Part shown: piece after piece, positions 40,734 through 55,914 of the stretch
How positions within the stretch are numbered: the stretch's first letter is position 1
How the letters are laid out: the number at the start of each line of letters is the position of its first letter
NCBI GenBank assembly: GCA_964016885.1
Contig: OZ024740.1
Span: 367,102,001-367,166,000 of the forward strand
DNA length: 64,000 nt
DNA from: Eledone cirrhosa
Taxonomy: Eukaryota
Direction: 5' to 3'
Program-made: the position numbers and the translations under genes
Notes under the pieces: model-generated
Told to the model about the DNA's origin: nothing
Database searches by the model: none
Seen by the model: the letters and a program-made list of their open reading frames with translations, nothing else

Positions 40734-40762
40734 CAACATGACCCTCCCAAAGTATAACAATA

Positions 40763-42300
<1,538 letters not shown>

Positions 42301-42532
42301 AGTGAGGTTTTTTTACAAAGTGAAAAATAACCGAGGTGTCCTGCACGAGTGAAAGTATAAAGAAAAAAAGATGAAAACGTAAATGCAACTGGATTTGAGA
42401 AAAACCACAGATCCTCCATCTCAACTGTACTTTTGAAAAGCAGAAGAACTGCGAAACCGGTAAAGGAACCAAATAAATATATATATTGTTTTAAAAATAA
42501 GACTCCAGTTGCATTTTCGATTTCATCCTTTT

Positions 42533-42836
<304 letters not shown>

Positions 42837-42917
42837 ATATATATATATATATATGAGGTAATTCCGAAGGAAAAGCAAAGGAAAAAAGAGTGCTCTATGT
42901 ATAGAACAGTACTATTT

Positions 42918-43081
42918 AATTAGAAAGTGAACAACACAAGATATAACTACTCCATTACCAAAGGTTTCTGGATCCCAGACAATATTAATATACGTCTGGA
43001 TCGGTCATAAGACAGAGATGTTAACTGATCCAGAAACCTTTGGTAATGGAGTAGTTATATTTGATGTTGTTCACTTTCTAA
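42918..43081. repeat. foldback with ~55-bp arms in a PLE-like 3' remnant
   Basis: TTAGAAAGTGAACAAC...CCAAAGGTTTCTGGATC and its inverse at 43027-43081. Upstream GGAAAAAAGAGTGCTCTATGTA is also seen at ~32948. Confidence 0.75.
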
Positions 43082-43254
43082 TGAAATTATATATATATGG
43101 GATAATAAATTATCGTTATAGGTAATCCAGTTAGAGGTTGTGAATACTCCGTATTGTGGATAGTTTTAGCGTACGGCGTTGTTTGACTCAACAAGAGGTT
43201 TCCTTAGGTACCGAGTTTGCGATTTCTCGGGAATTCCTATCTCTGAGTAATAAA

Positions 43255-43561
43255 AGTGAAAGAGTGATGAATAACATGGTCAACAGTACAAAAGAGGTTT
43301 TATTTGCAGTATTAACAATTGTTTCATTGATTAAGTTGTCTAAAATTGCTAATCACTTGAAGTTGTGTCAATCAATTTTAAATACAATGTATCCTTAAAC
43401 AAATCATGATGATTTGTTTAAGGATACATTGTATTTAAAATTGATTGACACAACTTCAAGTGATTAGCAATTTTAGACAACTTAATCAATGAAACAATTG
43501 TTAATACTGCAAATAAAACCCCTTTTGTACTGTTGACCATGTTATTTTTCACTCTTTCACT
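43255..43561. repeat. near-perfect palindrome, 153-bp arms, 1-nt spacer
   Basis: Centre G43408 (AAACAAATCAT-G-ATGATTTGTTT). A few substitutions between arms. Right end abuts (TA)n. Confidence 0.92.
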
Positions 43562-43844
43562 ATATATATATATATCTTTGAGTATGTGTTGTTCACCTAC
43601 ACTTCAGTATGCAGGCTAGAGCACTCAAGAAAGTACACAGGCGGGTTTGTTTACTCTGGAGTAATGTAAAAACAAGAGGTGTAAGTCAACAGGCTAACAT
43701 TAATTTCGTTTATTCATATTCGATGGTATATATATTTCAGTGATAACCATTATTCAACAGCTATGACATCATCAGTCAGTTAGAACTTGAACAGAAAAAA
43801 CAGGAAAACATAATGTTGGAATAGATTTTACCTTGTTAATTCGT

Positions 43845-43897
<53 letters not shown>

Positions 43898-44159
43898 TAA
43901 TATATGTGTATGTATCGAAGTGTGTATTAATGTGTATGAATATGTATATGATGTATACATAGTCATAAGTGAGTGCGCGCACGCAAGCTTCCCGCCATGT
44001 GTGGGTGTATGTGTGTTTGTATGGTGTGCGAGGTGATTGGTCAAGCCCTTATATGGGTATGTATACATCCTTTAGAATGGGATGCAATCAGGTGAGATTT
44101 TGGTTTTGCTTGATTAACAAGTCTAATGAGCAGAGCGGGCTGGAAACCCGCCTATTGAT

Positions 44160-44363
44160 TTGATAGTGTAGGACAGAACAAAAGAGAGACACAGAATAAC
44201 AAAACAGTCACTGACGAAGTCACAGAATGTGTGACAAAAGGGGTTTGAGAATCAATAAACAACCATCCGGCTATTGAATCAATCAACCGGAAATTTGTAA
44301 TAAATTAAAGTGAAAACCAACAGGTGGGTGGGTTTTATTGGCAGCATGACCCTTCCAAAGTAT

Positions 44364-44370
<7 letters not shown>
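44160..44370 (+). mobile_element. Neptune-like PLE pseudo-LTR remnant with mutated hammerhead
   Basis: GTCA-CTGACGA-A-GTCACA(GAATG)TGTGAC-AAAA (G12 lost). Ends CATGACCCTTCCAAAGTATAACAATA then (TA)n, like 39709-39737. Confidence 0.75.
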
Positions 44371-44418
<48 letters not shown>

Positions 44419-44434
44419 CATACACACACACACG

Positions 44435-44576
<142 letters not shown>

Positions 44577-44977
44577 TATATATGTGTGTGTGTGTGTGTG
44601 TATCATTTGACAGAGTTATGATAGTTTAAACAATAAAGGAATTCACTTCATTCACTGCTTTGACCAGTGAAGTAATATGTATAACAGAATTAACATTATC
44701 TGTTGCCAACTGTGTTATAACGTTTGCGGTGTCACAGTCTAGAGGTTTTCAAAAGATTATGTATTGATTAACAATTAAGGCTGTGAGCGATTGTAGGAAC
44801 AAATATTGGTTTGCAGGAATATGGTATTTGACTGATGAAAAGGGAACTGGCATCATATTGTATTTCTCTATTTCTGAATATAAACCGGATTTGAAACTTA
44901 ATACATAACCATGCCTGACTGCAAATACCAAAGAGTGGGAAAGAGGTAGAGAAGGATGGCAAGACTGAGAGAGAGAG

Positions 44978-45077
<100 letters not shown>

Positions 45078-45282
45078 GATGTAGATAGAGAGGATTGGGA
45101 AGGAGAAAGAAAATGTGTTCAATATTTGACGAATTCAAGTGAAATTATTATATCTCTCATACAAGAATAGAAATTTCAAACTGAAGTAAGAATTATGAAC
45201 TAAGAGGCTGACAGAGAAAAAGACGAATTGAGAAGGGGAGAGAAGAACATATGAATAAATCGATTAATGATAATAATGATTT

Positions 45283-45493
45283 ATATTATAGGCTCAAGGC
45301 CAGTAATTTGGGGGAGGGGGGGGAGGAGAAAGTCAATTAAAGCTACACCAGTACGTTACTGGTACTTTATTTTATCGAAACCATAAGGATGAAAGGCAAA
45401 GTTAACCTCGGCGGGATTTGAACTCAGACCGTAAAGGGCCGTAATCCTATGCTGCAAACCATGGTGTCCGACTCTCTACCGATACTGCCAATA
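45283..45493 (-). mobile_element. SINE family A, longer variant
   Basis: Homologous to 7784-7992. Confidence 0.85.
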
Positions 45494-47468
45494 ATAATGA
45501 TTGCACCTAAACATAGACATGAACCAAAAATTTGGTTTTTGAGGTGCGGTTAGTTACATTGGTAATCCTATTTAATAGTACTTTATTTGATCGACTACTA
45601 AAGAATGAAAGCCAAAATTACATTCAGGTAACATTTCGGAACGATGCTCTAAACAATATTTTCTAATTGAGGCACCGATCATAAATTTAGAGCTGTGTAG
45701 TTAATTTATCCGAACCAGTAAATTGCTAATACACATAGTATATAAGACCACAGCCCAGAGTGGCGCATGTTTCATATTTTATACGGCAGTATCTATTTAG
45801 TCAGGTCACTCTTGAGTGCTACTGGTAACATGTAAACCAGTACAACCTATCGCATGGTCGGGTCGTCGGCGACTAAACTAGCAACCCCACCAAGTTTACT
45901 TGGCGAGGAGGGTGATTTTGGACACCCGATAGGCAAGAGGCGGAGGTAACAGGTGGAGGTAACCTCTGGGAGTTGCCAGTCTGACTCCGGTCTCTTCCCC
46001 TGCCCTACTGTTCCCGGACCTGCAAGTCAAGGATCGGCCTCCACAGCCACCTTCGTGCTCACGGCAGACGGGAACAACAATAAAGATATCATCATCGTTT
46101 ACGATAGACAACCAAGAAGAGATATATTTATAATAATGTGAATTGGACTGATTTTTTGTTAAATCTGCTTGCCATGGATTAAGTGGAATGTCAAGAATAG
46201 GTTACTTTTCGGTTTGTTGGGCACAGTGAACAACGATCACTACAACAATTGGCTCAATAATCTTAAGTAACAGACACAAAGAAAAGAATAGAAAAATATG
46301 TTCTAGGCAACAGATACGCAATATCTTCATTCTCCCTCTTTTACTACTACTATCATATAACTTCAACTTCTGATAATTAGTTAGTTGAATATACCTGTAG
46401 CTCTGATCTACCCAATGCAGTTCTCGTTCATCTTCCTGTCATCTTTACCATATCTCATTCACCAAGCACCAATCTACACACTTTGCTCAATATAAATAAT
46501 ATCTCAAACATATTTCTGCCCACATCTTGTTTTTGCTAATTTTTTAGTTTGAGCCTATTCAGTAGACGTATTATTAAAAGTTATCTAGTCATCGCTATTC
46601 AAGTATCAGTAGGTGAAGACTTATTAGACTAATTAAATCGTAAGACAAAATGTGGTAATAGTTCCAGCTCTATGGGATTCTGAGTTCAAATCACCCTAAA
46701 ATGAACTTTTCCTTTTTTCCTTTCGAGATTGAATTGATAAAAATAAATTGCAGTTAGAGCTTCATTCAAGTTTAATCCAGTTCTTTGCGTTTTGAAGTTT
46801 TGTATGGTAAACTTAACCCGACACTTGCTTTAGCAAAGTCACATGTCTCTTAAAAGATTTTACTGGAATTCACATTGTTCATTAGCAAGCGTGTTTCATT
46901 ATCATCTTCATCACTTCCTTTTCCTTTTCTTCATTATCACGCGGCTCCTTCATTTTCTTGTTTTCTTTTAGGTACCTATTCTCACCTAACAATCACTGCC
47001 GTGATTGTTGTTTTTCTCTTTCCTCCTGCCCCTCCTCCTCCAGCTCCTCTTTCTCCTCCTCCTCCTCCTCCTCCTCCTCCTCATTTATTTATTCATTTGT
47101 TTTTCTTGCAATACGCGCTGAGGCCCAAAGCTCTGTCTGTATATATCAGAATCGTTTTCTGAACAATTGCCATTGTGTTATGCGTTCTTGTGTTTATTTT
47201 TGTTTTTCCATTTTTTTTTCGTATTCGTATGTATCTTTGAACCCAGAAGTTAAGTAAAATCATCTGTGAAAATAAACAGCTACACGCACATATACGCACG
47301 CACACACACACACACACACACACATAGAGACAGGCAGGATGATGAATTGACAAACAAATGAGAAACAATATATAATGAAATATTCAATACAAGACATAAA
47401 CGAACAAAAAAATGTAAATTGCCAAAGATTGACATTTACAAATATTTGTAACAATGATGCAAACAAAT

Positions 47469-47638
<170 letters not shown>

Positions 47639-47869
47639 ACCCCCCCCACATATATATATATACTAATAAATTTACGAAATCACACAAGATCCTTTTTGCA
47701 CCAATGGCTGTTTAACAGTATGCGACACACACTATCTTGTTCAATAATAACTGAAATACAGATTTAGTTGTGTGATGGCAATATACATAAATATTAATTA
47801 GGGTTATCAATAAAATTAATACAACTAATATTAACCAATTAATAATAATAATAATAATATATATATATA

Positions 47870-48122
47870 CAATGATATTAAATAAATGGAAACTGTATTT
47901 ATAAAACCATATTTATTTTAATATATATATTTCAAGGGCAATCTAGAAAACATTGGTACGCTTTCATCAGATAAAATACTATCTATATTTATAAAACAAA
48001 CTTTGTATTTTATCTGATGAAAGCGTACCAATGTTTTCTAGATTGCCCTTGAAATATATATATATATATATTAAAATAAATATGGTTTTATAAATACAGT
48101 TTCCATTTATTTAATATCATTG
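47870..48122. repeat. foldback (47870-47979 and 48005-48122) containing a hammerhead-like motif
   Basis: Right arm: GTATTTTAT-CTGATGA-AAG...CTT-GAAA-(TA)n-TTAAAATA. Confidence 0.75.
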
Positions 48123-48212
48123 AATATTTACTCCAGTAAATTGTTGAGTGCTGTAAATCAGTTATAAACATTTATGTTTGTCGGACTTCCAACAAATTAA
48201 ATACAACTTCTA

Positions 48213-48247
<35 letters not shown>

Positions 48248-48699
48248 CTTGTATCGTTTGCACATTATTACCTTAAAGAATATCTTTATATATAATATGC
48301 TCAATATTTCACTTTTCAGCATTGCCCCTTATACTGTGATTTCTGTAGCATAACATCTTTTTGTAACTCCTGCGTTTCTATATGATGTCACTCACACTGT
48401 CAATAGTTATGTATCTATATAAATGTCCTGAAGACTAGGATTTTAATTACCTGTTTAAACATTGTGTAAGCTCCGATGATTCCTGATATTCGTCTGGAAG
48501 AAACAATGGTCAGTAATTAAATGTATTAAACTAAGATTTGATTGTTTTATATTTTGTATATATATATATATATATATATATTCATTTTATTAAGGCTGAT
48601 TAAATTCCTGACAACGGAAAGTATGAATAATGACTATCGGTTTAAGAACCTTTCTTGTTATCGCTGACCACTTTCAACAGAAGCACGGTGTTCTACCGA

Positions 48700-48880
48700 T
48701 GTCCCAGATTTGAGCAACGTTACCTTCTGCTAGCACTGTGCGTATCAAGATAATATTCTTGAACAAAATGCTGAGCGAAGCGACGAGCAAGAACATTAGT
48801 CTGTCATGCTACTATCCTCATATCCTGAAGGCCTTTGATTCGATCCTTCATGCTTTGGTCGTCCATTACTACAACGATTA
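48700..48880 (+). pseudogene. decayed non-LTR RT fragment
   Basis: NKMLSEATSKNISLSCYYPHILKAFDSILHA resembles the RT D..KAFDS..H motif. Confidence 0.4.
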
Positions 48881-49054
48881 CTGAAAGTACGGGGAAAGAA
48901 GTCGAGGAACTCATTACTAGTTATAAACAGTCTAAACTCTAAAGTAACAAGACTTACTATTTAGTCTTAATAAAATGAATATTAAAACTCTACTTCCCTA
49001 TTGAGTACCATTTTCTCTCACCCATTAAATACCTACAAGTACACACACACACAT

Positions 49055-49115
<61 letters not shown>

Positions 49116-50124
49116 ATTCACAATCTGGCGTAATACATATTTATGGCACTCAAGATTACACAATGCAATCATCACGCAACCACCAACCCGACATCATCTC
49201 GCATCATCGCATCATCTTAAGTAATAAAATTATCTTCTTTCAGATGTAGAAGTGGGGTATTTTATCGTGACACCAACACATGAGAGGTTGTTGGTCATTG
49301 ACTGGACTGAAGAGAATTCTCTGATTCAAAGGGTATACGATGGAGTTAGCATGAATATGTATGACACCATTGGTAAGTGATAATAGTTGACATAGTAAAT
49401 ATAGTTGATATAATAAAAAAGAGATTTCACAGGCTTTCACAGATTCATCCACAGGGAGAAGTCCCCTCAAACCCTATATTGAAATGGTTCTATCACCAAC
49501 ACTGTAGCTACTGGTCTCCCACCACGCTTACTTTCAGTCACCCTGTGGCTGTACTGGTTGAACGGCTTTTTGTAGTATGGTATATCACCAATCAGCTCGG
49601 TCCTTCGTGAGGTTCAGCTTCTTGAGCTCATTCTTCACCCTTAAAGTGCCTTTCTTGATCTAGCTCTTTATGTCCCCTGAATTCATTTCTATATAGATAT
49701 TTCTAATAAATATAATTCTTTGATAAAATAACACAATGTAAAAAGCTTATCTTCTGTCCCAGCAGAATTACATATATATATATTTCCCTACTCCTCGACG
49801 ACCTATAAAAAATTGTATTTTCATTATATCCGTTTGTTCTGTCTAGACAAAAATGGTGCTGAATTTTCATCGTAATTTAATTTTATAGACTGTAAAATTA
49901 ATAGCTTTTGAAATGACATTAATGACAGGAAATCAAATATAATTCAAAATTTCTAATGAAAACGATAACTATCATGTTTTTGTAGTATTATTTTTGATAA
50001 TGAAATTCATAATTTCTTTGGGGAAGGGGTGTTGCTGGTGGGGTGGGTTGGGGATAGGATTTTAGAGGAAAAATGATTATCTTTTTGGAGGAAAGGGAAT
50101 CTTTAGGTTATTGATTCATAGCTT

Positions 50125-50235
50125 GAACCTCTCTATTCATTGTTATCGAGCCACAGTTGACTACCTCGGAGTTGGAATAGCTATTTCAACGCATCTCCCT
50201 CGCTATCTTCTTGGATAACAGCTTTTATTCTAAAT
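50125..50235 (+). pseudogene. CRE-clade retrotransposon C-terminal relic
   Basis: LE*LFQRISLAIFLDNS matches LEWLFQRISLTILRGNA at ~55530. Confidence 0.5.
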
Positions 50236-50780
50236 ACTACATCTAATGGAAGCAGAATAAGTCAGGTTCATACAACAGCAAACATATCAAGAATAACCAA
50301 TGTCGCAAGAAAGCGACGCGATATCGTTTGGTATACACTTTAGCACAGGATGAACAAACTTGTAGCTGCAGAGAAATGGATATTTTTGATTGAATCCTCA
50401 CCAGTGAGATTATTTTATAGAATCTAAAAGATTTACAAAAAAATAATGTTAAACTCGATGGAATTTGATGTTCTTAGTAACGGACATGGCAAATTGTATG
50501 AACCATCGATTGTTCGGCTGGTAAGGCGTCATAAAGTCAATTCAGTCAGATGCATTTATAATAAAAAGAAATAAATTTAGATTCTATTCCAACACGCGTA
50601 TCTTTCAAAACATTTGGATGATGCTTAAAGTAAATATATATCAAAATGATAAATCCCAAACACCAAGTAATAAAGATAGTTTTATGACCCATATTTGGTT
50701 ATCCTTCGCTCTCCCACTTCATATTTATCTCTCTTTACCACCCCAATTTCTCTCTTTCTCTCTCTCTATACCCCTCTCTC

Positions 50781-50866
<86 letters not shown>

Positions 50867-51129
50867 CTCATATCTCTTACTCTTTCTCAGACGATATTTC
50901 TGTACATGAATAATTTTGGAGTCGATTGAAGTGAAGCTCCAAATATTTGTAAATATTTGATAGACTCGAGTATTGGTCAATTATATTATAATATGGAGGG
51001 CAAATTGTCATGTATGCTTTCATAAGATAATGGAAAAATACTCGACAAATCCCGCTCATAATATAATTTCAAAATCTCCGTCAGTTTTAGATGTTGACTA
51101 CGGTTCAGCGCTACGTATCCTGTTCTATG

Positions 51130-51610
51130 TAGGGCGGAAGACCTCATAAGAGTCAACGGCCATCCAAAAGTGTGTAAATATGTATATACACATGTACATA
51201 TGTATGTATATGTATATGTGTATATACATGGGTGCATGTGTATGTATATGAGCGGGGACAGAGAAATAGTCAGGCTGGACACCCGATCGCGCGGTTAAAC
51301 CACTGGGAGTGAAGGACCCCAAACATTTGTCAGGGCATTTTTCTAGGAGAAGGCAACTCAGGAAACTGGGATAACTGCGATATAAAGCCTGCAGCTCAGT
51401 AGTTACCGATGATGTTGATCTTTTCTTCTTTTCGGGTTATAGCTACTGTCGCTCATAGAGTGGGATTGGCTCAGTGCACAGTCTTTCCACACTTTAAAAA
51501 ATATCTTCATGCACAGGCAGTGCACGATAGAATTAATTAATAATTATTAATAATGGTATATCGTGCAATGGCCATAATCGATAACGAGGAGGCAGCCATC
51601 ATGTATGTAT
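51130..51610 (+). mobile_element. RTE-like non-autonomous element with (TATG)n-type tail
   Basis: Closely homologous to 29340-29730. Confidence 0.6.
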
Positions 51611-51924
51611 GTAGGCATTCATGCATACATGTATGCATATACGTGCGTATGTGTACGTATATATGTATGAATGTATTTATGTATGTATGCATATATGTAT
51701 GTATGTATGAATGTATGTATGCATGTATGTATGCATCTATGCTTTTGCACGAGTGTATATATATATATATATATACGAAAAGAGTCAGGTCCCGACGGTT
51801 GAGCTCCGGCCGTTTCGACAGCTAGACCTGAACTAACCCACTAGTGTTCCCTGTATTACCCACTCTACTACCCTAAGTATCGAATACTCTGGTGCGTTAT
51901 GGTACACACACACACATATATATA

Positions 51925-52282
51925 TATAAACGTTTGTATATGTATAATAAAGCCAAAACAATGCAGGTATGGACATAGAATAAAGAATGCAAATGCAAAA
52001 GATATTGTTGACAATTAGTCTTTTACCTTAGATTTATTTAAATGTCCTTAATTTTCGAGATAATATCTCTTCTTCAGAGGGAAGTAAAGCTGTTAATCCA
52101 GTGTTCCAAATAGCTTGCCAAGTCATGCTGACAGGAAATGGTATAGAGTTCTATCTCTAATGTCATTAGAGATAGAACAGGTAAAAGACTAATTGTCAAC
52201 AATATCTTTTGCATTTGCATTCTTTATTCTATGTCCATACCTGCATTGTTTTGGCTTTATTATACATATACAAACGTTTATA
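51925..52282. repeat. foldback with 104-bp arms enclosing a minimal hammerhead-like motif (52046-52080, minus)
   Basis: Arms 51925-52028 and 52179-52282. Motif CCU-CUGAAGA-A-GAGAU(AUU)AUCUC-GAAA-AU-UA-AGG. Confidence 0.72.
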
Positions 52283-55014
52283 CCTCATTACACAATGCTT
52301 CAAGTGAACTATAACCTCCTCCATATATATATATATATATATATACACCTATACGAAAAGTGTATAACATATAGAAAAGTATATAACACATACTATATAT
52401 CAGATTTTTCAGTTTTTATCCCCATATGATTATACTTTGTATTATTTTCTCGTATCTTTTCTAACATTGTCATTTATATGTAATCCAGATTAATAATGAA
52501 TTACATTATATGAGATAGTCTATAATCTTTGAAACGAGGTACTAACACGAGTGCAGACATACTTGCATGAAAATATATATAAATATACCTACATTGAGCC
52601 AATGAAAACATCTCTATAAAGACGCCCGAGCAACTAAAAAATACTAGCCTAATGTATCTCAAATCGCAACTGACTATCTTAAATACAGAATACATTAGAT
52701 ATACTAGATAGCGTAGTCCCTGAAGTACATACAAAAAGATGTGAGGCTTAAATTTGGTGTGTCTTTATTCATTAAGCATCTTGAAGAAGGTTGACAACAC
52801 TATGAAGTGCTAGTAAACAACGTGAAGGGTTGTTCACTCAATTGTTCTATAGATAGTAAAAACGTAACAAAAATAATGTAGTATTAGATAGTTCTATGAT
52901 ATGGATTCTAATATCAGCGACGTATGTTAGTTCTTCTTCATCCAGCCGTAACCATTCCCAAGAGTCCATAATCTTATATGGTCTTCCCTTTGATTGTGAG
53001 ACAAGCAATCAAATCAGCAAATGGGGTATTTCTAATTAATAACTAAAAATTGTTGTGTAAGAAAAAACAATATGTATGGATTTCAACAGCATATTCTGGT
53101 TAATTATACAATGGCCAAGTATCCATAAATTTTTTGTAGCTTAACCGAGAGAAAGGTGTTGCATACATCACTTTATTATTAACCACCTGAGTGTGCTGAG
53201 ATTCATATAGTTTATTTTCAGTTTGAAGATCCATAAGTCATCCTCTGTGTAATATTCTTTATAAGAGTGTTAAATCCAAAGAACTATTTATCCCAGGAGA
53301 AAGAATTGGGCGATTAGGTGTGATGCGCTTGTTAGGTAGTTTTGGGGGATTGGCTAAACGATAAAAGACGCAAAATGAGGGCAAGGCATATGCTGATTAA
53401 TGACCCTGTACTGGTAGACGATCTTCTTTTGATGTTGGTATAGTACATTATTGTGGATCTTACGAGATTAATGTAGAATGTCATTAATTGATCAGAACTG
53501 AAGTATTTTCTGCTACGTCACTGGAGGACGTAGAGGATTACGCATTAGCGCCTGTTGAAGCTATTAGGATTGACTTGTAAGTATGCATTTTAGTCATTTA
53601 ATTATAACTATGTGAAATGACACAATGTAGAACTAGTGGCAAGATGCAAATTACCGAGGATTCGGCTTCTGGACAAACTTATTTATCATCTCAACCATCT
53701 ACCAGGTACAAATTCATTGTTGATAAATACATTTAACATACGACATAATATACGAAAATTATTTTCCAAATTTCATTAATCTCCTCTGCCTAGTTTAAAA
53801 AATAATAATCTGTAGTTATCATTATATTCAAAGTTCAGGAAAATATCCCAATAACGGAGAATATCTTATTTTCCATTGGTTAAGGAAAACATAGTAGTAT
53901 TACATATATATTTATTTTCTAGTTATATTTATCTTGTATATTTCATGCTTGTATAGAAATACATTGTAATAAGAAAAGAACACAACAATATAAACTGATA
54001 ACATATTCTATCTCATTCTTGTATACTTTTGACAAGAGATTTGATATAATGTGTTAAAACATATTGTTGAATTGTAGTTCATGTTATTTGTTAAATACAC
54101 AAACACATATATACTATTGTATTCACGTCTTTATTCCTTTACATCATTAAATATATAAAACAAATAGAGTAAATGTGGTTTTGTGTACTACACACCTAAC
54201 AACAGAGTAAGAGACAAAACATGGGCTTTATTCATTGTAAATATAACTACTATAGCCGTCAATCGCAATCCGGTATGATATGGTAAAACGTGCCATGCTT
54301 TTGTTAATTGTTTTAGGTGCATTCGTGAGCAGACAGAGACAACGTCTATATTCTTCCTCCCCTGATTTAGCGGAATATTAGGGATGTGACAGCTGAAAGA
54401 AGAAAGGACTGCATCAGAACTGGGCTGATGCTTTCTTTATCGACTCCGAAAGTATGAAAGCCAGAGTGGTCCTCAGCAGGATTTTAACTCAGAATGTAGA
54501 GAGCCGTAACAAATATCCAACGCTCTACAGACATTAACTAATAACATGCAGAACAATTCTTTTCAAAAGAAAAACGAAAGATAAAGCTGAAGTGTTCGTA
54601 TTGTCTCTTTAGGTCGCTGAATTCGCAACATTTTTTAGGAATTCTGAGAAAATTACCGGCAGCATTTAATTATTTCACTCTATGGTTTCCGTTTTAAATC
54701 CACCAACACTAACCTTTCTTCATTCTATGGGCAATGGCAAAAAATGAGTACTGGTCGAATACAATATCTCTGTAATCGACTGTTTCATCAACAAGGAAAA
54801 CAATAAGAATGATCACCATTTGGTGATTACCACTGACTATCAAAAGGTCAAGCTAATTTACTCGTTAACAAATCCATGTAATTAGTATAATCCAAACCAG
54901 TGAATATTTCCACGCATTAGATTGTATTATTATGCAATACGAGAATAACGTACTGTAATTATTATTTTGATATAGTCATAAATGTTTAAATATGGGAATA
55001 TTGCTGTTAGTGGA

Positions 55015-55283
55015 CCTTCGTCGTTTTCGACGATAAGTGTTCCAGTTCAACGGAAATATTTGTTCGCAAAATTAATGTGTAAGTGGCTGAGCATCCAGCA
55101 TGAAACAATTGTTCACAAAGGTGAACACTTGGAATACAGTTACAACTCAATTTTGCCAGCTGAGTGGATAAAACACACTTGATTTCTTGTCTTAATCAAG
55201 GACACGTCGCATCATCTAGTCCGACAATTACTCACAAATATACGACCGTGAGCCCAGCACCATAACCGCTACGCCACGCGCCT
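55015..55283 (-). mobile_element. SINE family B, decayed
   Basis: Reverse complement starts AGGCGCGTGGCGTAGCGGTTATGG. GTGTCCTTGATTAAGAC block and 3' part homologous to 30118-30390. Confidence 0.6.
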
Positions 55284-55392
55284 TCACAATATCCGGATCC
55301 GGAAATAGAAATATAAAAACAGATATAAAACTATGAATATAAATATAGTTAGGATTTCATATTACGTAAACTTCTGTCATTAAGTAGATAGA

Positions 55393-55844
55393 TTTTTTTT
55401 TGTGCCTCACAAACATTTATTTACAATAGTTTATAACTTTGACTATTAATCCGTATGGTGAGCAAATGGGGTCCCACGAGCTGGCCTTCCCACAGCCCTG
55501 GCGGACAGGATGGAGAAGGCGTTTCCCCGGAGGATGGTAAGGGAGATGCGCTGGAAGAGCCATTCTAACTCGTAAGGCTCACACCTGCGGCGGACTAGCT
55601 CAGCACCTATGGTGGTGAATAGGGAGGTAGCCCTAGGGCCATGGACATCAGAAGTCTCCACTGCCAAGGGCACGACCGCGAACCTGCCGGAGAGTGGCCG
55701 GTACTTGTAGAATTTGGCCTCCTCAGCCCGACGTGCAGCAGTACCTGGGTTAGTTGCAGACTGCACCAGGTTGCGGTGGGAGAAAGTGTCGCTGCAAGTG
55801 GCATACCAGACGAGGGGTTTGCCACCGCGGAACGGGAAGATGGT
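55393..55844 (-). mobile_element. CRE-clade (RLE-type) non-LTR retrotransposon, 5'-truncated 3' end
   Basis: FPFRGGKPLVW.ATCSDT...KY..L...VPLAVETS..HG...WLFQRISLTILRGNA, followed by AATAAA and an A-tail (55393-55401). Confidence 0.8.
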
Positions 55845-55914
55845 CTATAGACAGATTGAAAAACCCCCCAAAAAACGGAAGTTATAATTTTTGACTTTGA
55901 AGTTATAAGTTTTG

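Larger units (their letters stand above)
39709..40762 (-). mobile_element. Neptune-like Penelope element, 5'-truncated, with 29-bp inverted copy of its 3' terminus
   Basis: 39709-39737 and 40734-40762 are perfect inverted repeats. GIY-YIG ORF fragment and HHR inside. Confidence 0.85.

Noticed and set aside
43170-43255. Hammerhead on the minus strand (GAAACCTC...GAGTC)
   Set aside because: No CUGANGA core and no stem I partner.
51140-51400. HDV-like ribozyme in the RTE-like element (also 29340-29480 and 60310-60420)
   Set aside because: The context is suggestive, but I could not assign P1/P2/P3/P1.1 pairings by eye. It needs a descriptor search on the consensus.
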